This document shows positions 28,810 through 41,843 of a DNA stretch of 64,000 nt, piece by piece. A program made the translations under genes and the position numbers. Source of the DNA: Eledone cirrhosa (taxonomy: Eukaryota); contig OZ024741.1 of the NCBI GenBank assembly GCA_964016885.1, positions 252,278,001 to 252,342,000 of the forward strand. Direction: 5' to 3'. Numbering within the stretch: position 1 is the stretch's first letter; every line of letters starts with the position of its first letter. The notes below the pieces were generated by a model. The model did not search any database. It saw only the letters and a program-made list of their open reading frames with translations, and was not told where the DNA came from.

Positions 28810-29666
28810 ACCATTGACATAACTTGGTATCATTTCTTCAAGGGTAGCCCATTCACTCTGTGATTCATACTGGGGGTATACATCTCCCGTACATTCCACA
28901 TACTGGATGTCTCTATTATTCAAATCTGTAGAATACCTCACTGGGGTACCAGGAACACTGCTGTTGCTGCTCTGACATGGTAAAGGTTGATCAATTCTGT
29001 TACATATAGCTGACCAATAAAAACCTCTCCTAGTGGCCTTTGTAGATTGAGACTGACCACTGCTACATTTCAAAATACACAGTGTGATGGACACTACAAT
29101 GACCACAGCCACTATTACAGCTGCTACTATAATTATAATTAATATTGGTATATCAAATATTTTGTTCTTCTCTAACTGGACAGTGATTATCTGTGGTGAT
29201 GATGTCTTGTTAGTGACCCTTAATAGTAGTTGTAGCTGACATCACTGGGGTACCAGAATCTTTGACCATGATGGAAAAAAATAAAAACCCGTTAAATATG
29301 CAAGGGGCCTTTGAAGCCTCATTCTGATCAGTACAGAACTTCCAAAGATTTAGTGACATGTTGCTTGAAAATTGTCTTTGTGTAAAGAGTCTTTTGTTGT
29401 TCATAATTGATGAAATTGAGGCACAAAAGCATGATGCAGGGGTTAATTCTGTTTCATTTAGAGAAAGATTAGTGAAGTTATTTGTCTGTCCACTGATGTT
29501 GATAGTGAAATTGGTGAGATGTGTTAAGATTTGAACCCAGGAAGTGAACCTTATTGCTTAGTGGGAAGTCAGCTGCAATGTTCCCTATATAAAAGTATAG
29601 GGGGAAGTTTAAGGAAATATAAGATTTGTGTAGTTGCATTAGATGGGTTCAGTTGTGAGGTCAGCT
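28810..29666 (-). pseudogene. Internally deleted protocadherin paralogue (acceptor, EC1 remnant, end of EC6, TM, cytoplasmic part, possible donor)
   Basis: Strong acceptor ctaat...ttttttaatttttttattttacag| at 29667. EC1 relic YIGNIAADFPL near 29559-29591 matches YIGDVAADSLL in the gene. About 28849-29268 aligns to about 46395-46822 (VKDSGTPVMSATTT...YPQYESQSEW) with an 11-bp frameshifting deletion near 29224. Possible donor G|GTAAAT near 28811. Confidence 0.88.
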
Positions 29667-30499
29667 CTGTAAAATAAAAAAATTAAAAAAACACATGAAT
29701 TAGACTGACATAAAAGAGAAAGGGTGTGTTTTAAGGACTATCATGACTAACACAATGACATGTTATGAATTTAAATACATAATTGTTTCTACTTTTTGGC
29801 ACAAGGCCAGCAATTACCCAGTACATTACTGGTACTTTATTTTACTCACCCCCGGATGAAAGGCAAAGTTAACCTCGGCGGGATTTGAACTCAGAATGGC
29901 AAGGGCCGTAACTCTATGCGTCAAAGCATGGCATCCAACCCTCTACCGGTCAAATATATATACAAGTTGGATCATAATTAGCTTACTATTAAGAAATGAG
30001 AATAAACAAGAAATCTTAATGTTACTAAGCTTTTTTTTAAACTAAAACACAAACAATTCATGTTAGTTTAAATATTAAATTTAATGTTAGAAATGCTTCC
30101 AGTTTACAAGCACACCATTATTCTGTTTCTTTATATTTAGTAAACTTTACAGTTCATCTTGTGTACTGGAAAATAATTCAGTGAATTCACTCCATCATCA
30201 CACAGAGTTTCAAAAGGTCATCCAAGAAAGGAATGTGGCTGTGATCCTTCAGACAATATTGAAGAATTAAGAAAGATAGACAAAGATATTGAATCAATAT
30301 GTGCAGTTTTAAAGTCAGTTTGTTTAAGGATGATTACATGATTGAACTTTTAATCTGCAAAGCCTTTGTGCTTGCATCATAAAGGGAAGCAACTCAGAAC
30401 TGTTGTCTTCAAGAGCAACTCCTTGCATATCTGAAGCCATTTCAAATTTCTTAGATACAATTTTTACGGCTTGTCACATTCAAGTATTTGGAAATTTTG

Positions 30500-31000
30500 G
30501 AAGTTTTCTAAGAGGAAATTCTGCCAATGGCAATAATTAAACATTACTTCTGTTCCCAGTTGTGGATCTGGAATTTTTCGGTTAGGCAAAGTTCACAGTT
30601 CAGTGCCATAAGATGTGGCTTGGCCCTATCAGTAGTTTTCTATGTAATTGAAGAGTAAGTCAATCTGTAGTCCTTGAGTTTCTTAATGGACTGTGATAGG
30701 CAGGTCAAATTTTCTCTGGTCTCTAGCCTGAATGACTGACGATGTTGAATGAAGTGTCTCCTAAAAGTGTTTGCAGTTAAACTTCTATAGTTTGTTTCAA
30801 TATTGTCTGGTTTATTTTTATATATCATGAGAAAACATGTAGATAGATTTTTATGGTTAAAGGCTGACTGATTGATTGGGGACTATGTGGGGTTGTGTTG
30901 TGGTTAAAGTGTTCAATCTGGTAAGCTATGTTATCCATGCATAAATAACTGACCTTATTGATGACAGAATTGTCATATTTGTGTATGGATAAAGGATCTT
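30500..31000 (-). mobile_element. Penelope-like GIY-YIG endonuclease relic
   Basis: NYRSLTANTFRRHFIQHRQSFR..TCLSQSIKKLKD..YS, followed by DRAKP..NCELCLTEKFQI. Confidence 0.75.
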
Positions 31001-32124
31001 TTATTAGGATTAAGATATTTCTTGCTGTTTGTAGTTACATCTAGGTGTGAATTAAACAAAATTGTTTTCTTCTTCCTAGTTCAACTATGACAAATCAATT
31101 TTACATTGAAGTTGCTCCTAGTCAGCACATTAAGATAGACAGACAGACAGTCAGATGGACAGATAGACAGACAGACAGGCAGGCAGATGGATGGATGGCT
31201 GGATACATAGATAGATGGGTGGGGTGATAGAGAGATGCAAGGATGAAGGGAGAGAGAAGAGGGTAATGAGAGAAAAAGAGAAAGTGAGAATATGATTTAT
31301 TACATTAAAGATGAATCATAACAAAAAGCAAGACCTGTGTAGTTTACCTTCAGCATATCATCCCTGACAAACATGTAGGAATATGTGGCAGTACGTGTGT
31401 GTGTGAGGCAGTAGAGATAAATATCAGAGGCTGCAACTGTTGTTGGTGTTGTTGCTATAATTGTTATTGTTCCTGATACTCTCAGCCTTCTGCATCCTAG
31501 AAAATATTCTGTCAGCTGTTGTTCTTGTTGTTGGTTTTGGTATTTAGCCCTTGGTCAGATCTAAACAAGCAGACTTCTGACCAAAGACATTACAACAATG
31601 ATTATCCCACATATTTGTAATTCAGCAAATACATTGTTCAATGTGTCCTTTTTTCTATGATGGTAGGGTGTAATTTAAGGCAGATTTAGCTGCTATTTCA
31701 AGCAGGTCTAATGACCACATTCAGGCTTCCTTTTTGGATTTATTCAGCTTCTGTAGAAAACAGTGTTAGAAGATCTGACCCTGCATTTATATTCTCTGTG
31801 TTTGTACAACATATATATATATATATGATATATATACATATATATATTGTATATATATGATATATATATATATATATATATTGTATATATATGATATATA
31901 TATATATATATATATTGTATATATATGATATATATATATATATATATATTGTATATATATGATATATATATATATATTGTATATATATGATATATATATA
32001 TATATTGTATATATATGATATATATATATATATATATATGATATATATATATATATATATATGATATATATATATATATATATGATATATATATATATAT
32101 GATATATATATATATATATATATA

Positions 32125-32165
<41 letters not shown>

Positions 32166-32186
32166 TATATTGTATATATATATATA

Positions 32187-32221
<35 letters not shown>

Positions 32222-33279
32222 ATATATATATATGACATATATATATATATATATATTGTATATATATATGACATATATATATATATATATATATAAGATA
32301 TATATATATATATATGATATATATATCATATATATATATATGATATATATATATAATATATATATATATGATATATATATAGATATATATGATATATATA
32401 TCATATATATATATATGATATATATATATAATATATATATATATGATATATATATATAATATATATATATATGATATATATATGATATATATATAGATAT
32501 ATATATGTGCACATATATACATGTATATATTATATTTTATTTATTTTATATATATATATATATATATATAAGATTAAAGTTTAAGCAAAGAATCGCTGCT
32601 TTCATCCTTAACAATATATATATATATATACATGCATATATAAATATATATGCAAATATATATATATATTTATAACAGGAATTGTGTGATAAAATGTGTG
32701 TATATACATTATGACAATGATTATAAGCAGTGTGATAAGAGTATATATTTGTGTGTGTGTTTATGTGTGTGTGTTATATATACATAGTGTATATGGTATG
32801 AGCACACATGTTAAATTTTTTTATCAGGATATATATATGGAGAGAGACAAAGATATCACAAAAAGATATGGTATTTCTCATAGTTATTCTTATATCCAAT
32901 AGGTATAATCACATTTTTTTTGTGTGAATTTCTGTTTTATTTGAGGTGTTTCATAAATACCATTTATTTAACATTAAATCTTTGAAAGTTTAGAAGTCAA
33001 TAAGTATAAACATACATTCATATAGGAAATATATATATATATATGTGTATGTAAAGTATATATATATGTGTATATATATAATGTATATATAATATATATA
33101 TATATATATAATATATAATATATAATATATATAATATATAATATATATATATATAATATATATATATATAATATAATATATATAATATATATAATATATA
33201 ATATATATATATATAATATATATATATATAATATAATATATATATATATAATATATATATATATAATATAATATATATA

Positions 33280-33316
<37 letters not shown>

Positions 33317-33498
33317 ATATATATATATAATGTATATATATAATGGATATATATATATTGATATTAAAGGCAACGATTTTAAGTATCAACATTTCTTTGT
33401 GTCAACACCAATTTGAATAATTTTTTTTTCATTTTTAAATTCATATACTCACAGAGAAACATTTACAACATGTCTGAAGCAAGGGTAAGTATATATAA

Positions 33499-33571
<73 letters not shown>

Positions 33572-34688
33572 GATATACATACATGCATTCATACACCATG
33601 AGGTATATACATTGGTGTAGAAATAACTGTATACAATTTATATATATTTTTTTTTTCAGTGTTGGGTGGGACCATGAAAGCAGACGATATTTAAGCATAT
33701 ATTTATTACACCAAATACATGAAATCAATTTCGGCAGATATTTAATTTAATTTGTCATATTTTATATATTTATATATACAATTTTTCTCGATGTAAACAT
33801 TCAATTATTATTGTTATTGTTGTTGATGTTGTTGTTGTGGTTGTGGTTGCTCTGTGTCAATTATTGTTTTTATGTATAGTATTAATACTTCGTTATAGTT
33901 AATTAAAAAAAAAACAGACATAATAACATAGATTATTTTGATTAATTAATTAATTAAACAACGTGGGCAATAAAATTTGAATAGAGAGAAAACCCTGATT
34001 GCTATCAGCTATCTGTACAAACATACCTTAGACATATATGTTTGTAAATATTCAATCAATCAACAGAAAACAGTTCAATAAAACAATATGATAATACATC
34101 ATTGTATAAATATAACATACATACATACATATATGTGTGTGTCTGTGTATCGATAGATAGATAGAACCTAGATAGATAGATAAACACACACACACATATA
34201 TATATATACATACATACATACACACACACACACAACCACGCACACACACATATATATATATATATATACATACATACATACATACATACATACATACATA
34301 CATACATACATACATACATACATACATACACACACACACGCGCACACACACACACATACATATATATGTATATATGTAAATTGTTTTTCCCCATATAATT
34401 CCAGCATTTTGTGTTGATGGTGTTGTACTTGTTTCATCAATGATTTATCACAGTCCACCATTTTTTTTTAATATATGTGTGTGTGTGTGTGTATGTGTGT
34501 GTGTGTGTGTGTGCGTGTGTAAATGCATACATGCCTTCATTTATCTATCTATGTATCTATGTACATATATACATATATATACTTACATATATACATATAT
34601 ATATACTTACATATATACATATATATACTTACATATATATACTTACATATATATTTACATATATATATATATATATATATATACTTAC

Positions 34689-34730
<42 letters not shown>

Positions 34731-34794
34731 TTACATATATACATATATACACTTACATATATACATACACATATATATAAATATATGCATCTAT

Positions 34795-34834
<40 letters not shown>

Positions 34835-35097
34835 GCACACACACATACATACAAAATGAATGGAAGAATCATGTAGACATGCATGTGTGTGCAATTGTGG
34901 GGAAACATCATTAATACAGTGAATTAGAGTGGAACAGGATTTGTACAAAGTTGAGTATGACTGATGAAGCAGAAATATGAAACTTGTGATCCAAACACAC
35001 CCACATTACCATTGAGTAAGCCCTATAAACTCACATATACATACATACACATAGACACACATACTCACACACACACACATATATATATGTGTGTGTG

Positions 35098-35147
<50 letters not shown>

Positions 35148-35669
35148 AACCAGTAAGACCCCGACGGCTGAGCTCAAGCCGTTTTGACGGCTAATTCTGG
35201 ACTAGCTCAGCCGTCGGGGTCTTACTGGTTCCTATTACCCACTCTACTACCCTAAGTATTGAGTACTTTGGTGCGTTATGGTCCACCTGGTTCCTTACCA
35301 CATTTCTTTCGTTATATATATATATATATAAATACATGCATGCATATATACATGCAACATGCATGCATATATACATGCAACATGCATGCATATATATATG
35401 CAACATGCATGAGTGCATGCATATATACATACATATATATACATGCATATGGAGAAAGGAGATTAACTGACTATCTTTGAACAGAGATTAACTTCTATAT
35501 ATATTCTTTCACCAGTCATCTATAATTTATATGTGCATATATACATGCGTATATATATACATGCGTATATATACATGTGTATATATATATACATGCTTAC
35601 AGATACACACATATATACATACATTAACATGCAGCCATATGTATATACATACATTTACATACATGCATG

Positions 35670-35980
35670 CATACATTACATACATACACACATGTATTAC
35701 GTACATACATTACATAACATGATATACATACATCTCAAGCATACATTACATACATACACACATGTATTACGTACATACATTACATACATGATATACATAC
35801 ATCTCAAGCATACATTACATACATACACTCATGTATTACGTACATACATTACATAACATGATATACATACATCTCAAGCATACATTACATACATACACAC
35901 ATGTATTACGTACATACATTACATACATACATCTCAAGCATACATTACATACGTACATTACATACATGCATTACATACAT
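35670..35980. repeat. Tandem repeat of about 65-70 bp derived from (CATA)n
   Basis: Repeated CATGTATTACGTACATACATTACATAACATGATATACATACATCTCAAGCATACATTACATACATACACA. Confidence 0.85.
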
Positions 35981-36275
35981 GTCTCCATGGAGGAGACATC
36001 AAGATTTAGAGTATTCTATGTACTCTACTGGCCATTTAACTTTGATATGGAAGGGAATGTGTAGTGTTAACAACTCTGGCTAGAGTCCATGTTGTCTTTA
36101 CTGATCATGTGACAGGGGCATAACAGCCGCCATGTCTGCATATGTCTTATATTGGGACTAGAATCATGTGAAGGATATAACTATATGTGTTACATTTGTG
36201 TACTGAAGGATATCTCTTTAGTTTGTTTTCCTGTGTGTTTTTATTAATCTGGATTGTGTGAAGCATATGTATGTA

Positions 36276-36328
<53 letters not shown>

Positions 36329-37109
36329 ATACATATATATAAACATATATATATTTATATTCATAAATATATATTTATATATATATATATATATATATAT
36401 GGATACATATATATAAACATATATATATTTATATTCATAAATATATATTTATATATATATATATATATATGGATACATATATATAAACATATATATATAT
36501 ATATATGGATACATATATATAAACATATATATATTTATATTCATAAATATATATTTATATATATATATATATATATATATACGCATACATATATGCATGT
36601 ATATTTACACACATACACTAATACATAGTAACACACACACATGCACACAGAGCTATGTATATGGAAAAAAATCTCTCTTTCCTTTCCAAATACCCTGAAT
36701 TACTTAAAATTCTGTGAAGATTTTGGTATGATCTTCTTAGCAAAGTAACCTGAGTGTTTCCAAAGAAATTCCTTTTGTGTAACTTTGTGTAAAAAAAAGA
36801 AATACAAAAAATAGGTGTGAAAAAAATGGAAGAAAAATGAATAATTGATATAAAAAATAAAAAATAAAATGTAAATAAAAACACAAATAAATGAATAAAA
36901 TGAGATAATTAGGCAATTTGGTGAAATGTGGTGAGGAATGGTGAAAGAGATGTTGCAAAAATAAGAAAGAAATGGTATATGTTGCTGGTCTTTTGATGGA
37001 AGTGTTGCTGAGATTTTTCAGTCATTTCTTAATTCGAGTCGGTAACTGAAAGAGTAAAAAGATGAAATCATTTGAAAATAGAAGAAGGGAATGGCTAAAT
37101 TATACACAA

Positions 37110-37970
37110 AGACATCATCATCATAATTATAATTATATTCATAGTCATTATCATCACCACCACTACCGTCACCACCACTGCCATCACCAGTGCCAATGGT
37201 AGCACTATCACTATCCCCACTATCACTACTACTTCTGTCATCACTCACACCACCACCATTACCAACCACATCATCAGAGCCAATGGTACCACCACCACCA
37301 CTCCTACCATCACCACCACCACCATCACCATCACCATCCCCACTACCACTCCTACCATCACCACCACTACCACCACCATCCCCACTACCACTCCTACCAT
37401 CACCACCACTACCACCACCATCCCCACCACCACTCCTACCATCACCACCACCACCGTCACCATCACCATCCCCACTACCACTCCTACCATCACCACCACT
37501 ACCACCACCATCCCCACTACCACTCCTACCATCACCACCATCACCACCATCCCCACTACCACTCCTCCCATCACCACCACCACTATCACCACCACCATCC
37601 CCACTACCACTCCTACCATCACCACCACCACTCCTACCATCACCACCACCACCACCACCATCCCCACTACCACTCCTACCATCACCACCACCACCATCAC
37701 CATCCCCACTACCACTCCTACCATCACCACCACCACCATCACCATCCCCAGTACCACTCCTACCATCACCACCACCACCATCACCACTACCACTCCTACC
37801 ATCACCACCACCACCACCTCCACCACCACAAATACCACCACCACCACCACCACCACAAATACCACCACCACCACCACCACCACAAATACCACCACCACCA
37901 CCACCACAAATACCACCACCACCACAAATACCACCACCACCACCACGAATACCACAACCACCACCATCAT
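37110..37970. repeat. (CCA/CAT)n-derived C-rich minisatellite
   Basis: Unit CCATCCCCACTACCACTCCTACCATCACCACCA, then CAAATACCACCACCA; abuts a SINE/RTE tail at 37970-38070. Confidence 0.9.
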
Positions 37971-40900
37971 CTCTCATCGTTTGTGCATCTAATTTTTTCC
38001 GTGCTTGCATTGGCTTGGTAAAATATTTTGAGGCAGGCTTTCTATGACCAGATGCCTTTTCTGATACCAAATTATACTATATTTTAAGTATGGTATACAT
38101 ATATATATATCACTGAAGATATTGGTTGAATATCAGATAGAATGTTTTACAGTATTCATTCCAGCTCTCTGGCCTCTGGTACTTTTTTTTTATCAATCTT
38201 GAAAGGGATGAAAGGCAGAAGTTGAACACAGTCTAGCACTAGCATATCTTTCTCACTTCCACTGCCTTTCTCTGGAAGAAATCAGCTATGTTTAAACCTG
38301 GGGAGAGATGGCCTCTTCCAGGTTTAAAATGCCTGAAATATGCCAAATGTTATGACAACACCGCTACAACTCCATCGGGCATTACAGGTCCATACATACA
38401 TCTATCACTGATGTTTACCAAATCGCTATACTGCATGATATAGTATTTATTGAGTACTTAAACAAATGTTACCACTGGCATACACACAAGCACACACATG
38501 TGTATGGATATATATAGGAAAAGAATCAGGACTCTGGGGTCCTGACTCTTTTCCTAATGTCCACTCTACTACCCTAAATATCGATTACTCTGGTGTGTTA
38601 TGGTCCACCTGCTTCCTTACCATACTTTGTTATATATACATATATATGTATGTAAAAGGTAAACAGAAATAACAACACAGTCGGTACAGTATATGGAAGG
38701 GATATATTAGGTTAACGCTTGATATAGCAGGAAGAGGGTCTTAACTTTTCGGATGCTAGTCCTTCCTCAGGAGAAAGAATGAGAAATAAGATAGATTGAG
38801 GGACGGGCAGGATGGAATTAATTCTTCATGAACCCCCCTTTAAGTGTGAAGAGGATGCACAATTCCTAGACAATGTTGAAGTTATGATTATAATTAACCC
38901 TTTCATTACTATATTTTTTAATATAAGAATCTGTCTATGATTTTAGAAATAATTAAAAATTTGAAAGAAATTATTAGACGATTAAATTTCTCATGTTTGA
39001 GCTGGTTTTTAGAACATAACTTAGCAAAGGTTCTTACATAAAATTCTGATGGAAGGTTTTTAAGATAAATATAAACATTAAAAAACAAACTATTATGGTG
39101 GAAGGTTTTCTTGATAAATATAAACACCTTAAAACATGACTTGTGATGGAAGATTTCTTTGATAAATAAAAATACCTTAAAACAAACAATTTTGTATCAT
39201 ACAACTGAAAGCAGTTTCAGGTGGTTTGGCATAAAAATGTTTGAAAGTGCAATTATAAAATTATTCTACTATCTAGACACATCACAAAATTTGTCTTCTA
39301 AGTATGCGAAGTGATATATACATGCATATGACATAACAGCATTCAAACGTTAGTTTACTACTGTGTAAATACACAGACAGATGACAAAGTTTAAGGAAGA
39401 AACACAACAAACCCTGGGTATCTATGTGTGTGTGAGTGTATGTTCGTATGTGTGTAAATACATATATATATGGTTGTGTATTGTTATAGATATGCACATA
39501 TATGTGTATGTGCATGCGTCTATGTGCATGCATCTATGTGCATGCATCTATGTTTACATGAAGACCAAGGAAGAAATGGATGGAAATGATGAGAACTGAT
39601 CTTAAATCACTGAAGTTCAAACAGGAGATGACAAAGGAATGCAACTGTACTGAGAAGGACCTGTCCAACCCATGCAAACATAGAACAACAGATATAAAAT
39701 GATGTTGATGATGTGTTTGAGAGAGAATGAACATTGAGAGTGTTCAAACAAAGATACATGTATAGCCAAGCCATAGAATTACTAACCATTACTAAACAGC
39801 ACTATCAGGAGCACTGCAATAGCTATCTTCATTAGAAAAAATATAATTGCATGCAATCAGCCATTTTCTAAATATTCAGTGATATAAACACCCTTTACTG
39901 ATTCAGGTTTGCTATTATTAACTCATTATTTTCGATTTTTCTGTTTTACTATTTTATTATATAGGCAGTGAACTGGCAGACTCATTAAAGCATTAGATAA
40001 AATGCTGAGTGGTATTAATTCCAGCTCTCTGTGTTCTGAGTTTGCCTTTCCTCCTTCTGAAGTCACTAAATAAAGTACCTGTTCAGTTTCAGGATCAATA
40101 TAATCGACTTCATATGTCTCTTTCCCACTTCTCTCTCACTTTCTCTCTCTCTTGAAGAAATTTGCTGTGTTTGAACCTGGAGAAGGTTGCATGTTTAAAA
40201 TGTCATTACAGTGCCCCTACAATTCCGTCGGAAGTTACAGATACATACATACATCCGTACATGATGGCTGCAACTTGATTTTGAGTAATGTCATCACTTG
40301 ATACCTAAGCATGAGCATCATGGATGTGGCTTTTTAGTCATACTAGGGACTTGCCTATGGACAGCAATGTCATTCATCACAAAAAATGTGGAGAAACTCA
40401 GGAGAGTTAACGGCCATCCAATAAAAATTTTTTTATTTTATTTTAGGAGTCAGACACTCCTAGTCTTCATTAAGACATCTCTCTAGGAGAACGTCACATC
40501 CATACATATAAACATACATGCATATACGTACATACATGATGATGGCTGCAACTCGATTTCGAGTAATGCCATGGCTTTTTAGTCCAGCTAGGGACTTGCT
40601 TATGGTCAACAATGCCATGCCTTGCAAAATGTCACATCAAGCAATGCATGTGCTTGAAGCTTTTTTAAGTGAGGACAATCTCACTCTCTGAACATCGAAT
40701 GCATTTGTCCAAAAAGGAAAACTGGTCTACATCATTGGATGCAAACAAAGTTGCAGGATTTATATTAGATCGACCTTCACCTAGAGAGATATCTTAATGA
40801 AGACGAGGAGTCTCTTGCTCCACAAAAAAAAAAACTTTATTGGATGGCTATTGACTCTTCTGATTTCCTCTGCCCTTTGATGGGTTTTATTTTCATCCCG

Positions 40901-41616
40901 CAGGGTGTCCAAATTCACTCACATCACATACATACATGGGGTCGTGTAGGTATGCACCCAGCCCACACTGTAAAGGGGTCATGTAGATGTGACAAAAAAA
41001 AGCTCGCAGTTCACATTGTAAAGTGGTCGTGTAGGTGCCATGATAAAAAGCACCCAGCCCACACTCTAAATATGGTTGACATTAGGAAAGGCATCTAGCC
41101 ATAGGAACCAAGCCAGAAACAGTTCTGTATGAGCAAGACATGGTCAACTGACTTGACTTGTCTCAAATCGTACAAATCGTCTAACCCATGCTAGCATGAA
41201 AAATGGACGTTAAACGATGATGATACATACATACATTCATACATACATAGGGGGAGCCAACTCGTGTCCAAGTATGACCACTTATTAGAAGAAACAGACG
41301 ATGGCAAACATGTGTTGTTGATGTTGCTGTTACTGATGTTACCTTAGATGACTCATCAAACTTGAAACTGACTTACATATCATACCACACAGTGTGCAAG
41401 TAAGTTTCCTGCCTGCTTGAGTTTGATTGGCATGACAATGATGATGAGGAGGAATCGACCCCAGTACTGGTTTGGTACTATATTTATTGACCTAAAAAGG
41501 GGTGAAAAGCAAAGTTGACTCCGACTGGATTTGAACTCAGCATGCAATGAGCTAGAAGATACTGAATCATTTCTAATCCAATGCCATAACAACTGCCAAT
41601 TCACAACATTATTTCA

Positions 41617-41843
41617 TTAACCCTTTAATGTTCAAACCGGCCAAAACCGGCCAGAATTCTCTACCTCTTTCTGTTGAAACTGGCTGTAACTGGTCGCTCA
41701 AACTGATGTTAAGGTATTGTTCTCAAAATAAATACTTTCAGAATGTCATAGATTCAATATTATGCGAGATATTATGTGAGCTAAAGTCTTTACCATGAAA
41801 ATATAATAGTATATATAGAGTAATGTGAATGCTAAACGGTTAA
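41617..41843. mobile_element. piggyBac-type MITE, copy 2
   Basis: TTAA-CCCTTTAATGTTCA...TGAATGCTAAACGG-TTAA; same family as 18767-18992. Confidence 0.75.

Noticed and set aside
28245-28820. 191-aa ORF with YPTIISQYPTFIYS repeats
   Set aside because: It is a translation of a 42-bp tandem array downstream of the pseudogene's probable donor.
29470-29530. Plus-strand TDVDSEIGE resembling a cadherin DxD motif
   Set aside because: Short, on the opposite strand to the pseudogene and followed by a stop; probably chance.
29960-30500. Possible decayed Tc1/mariner-family fragment
   Set aside because: Only a vague resemblance; no diagnostic motif or TIR pair could be read.
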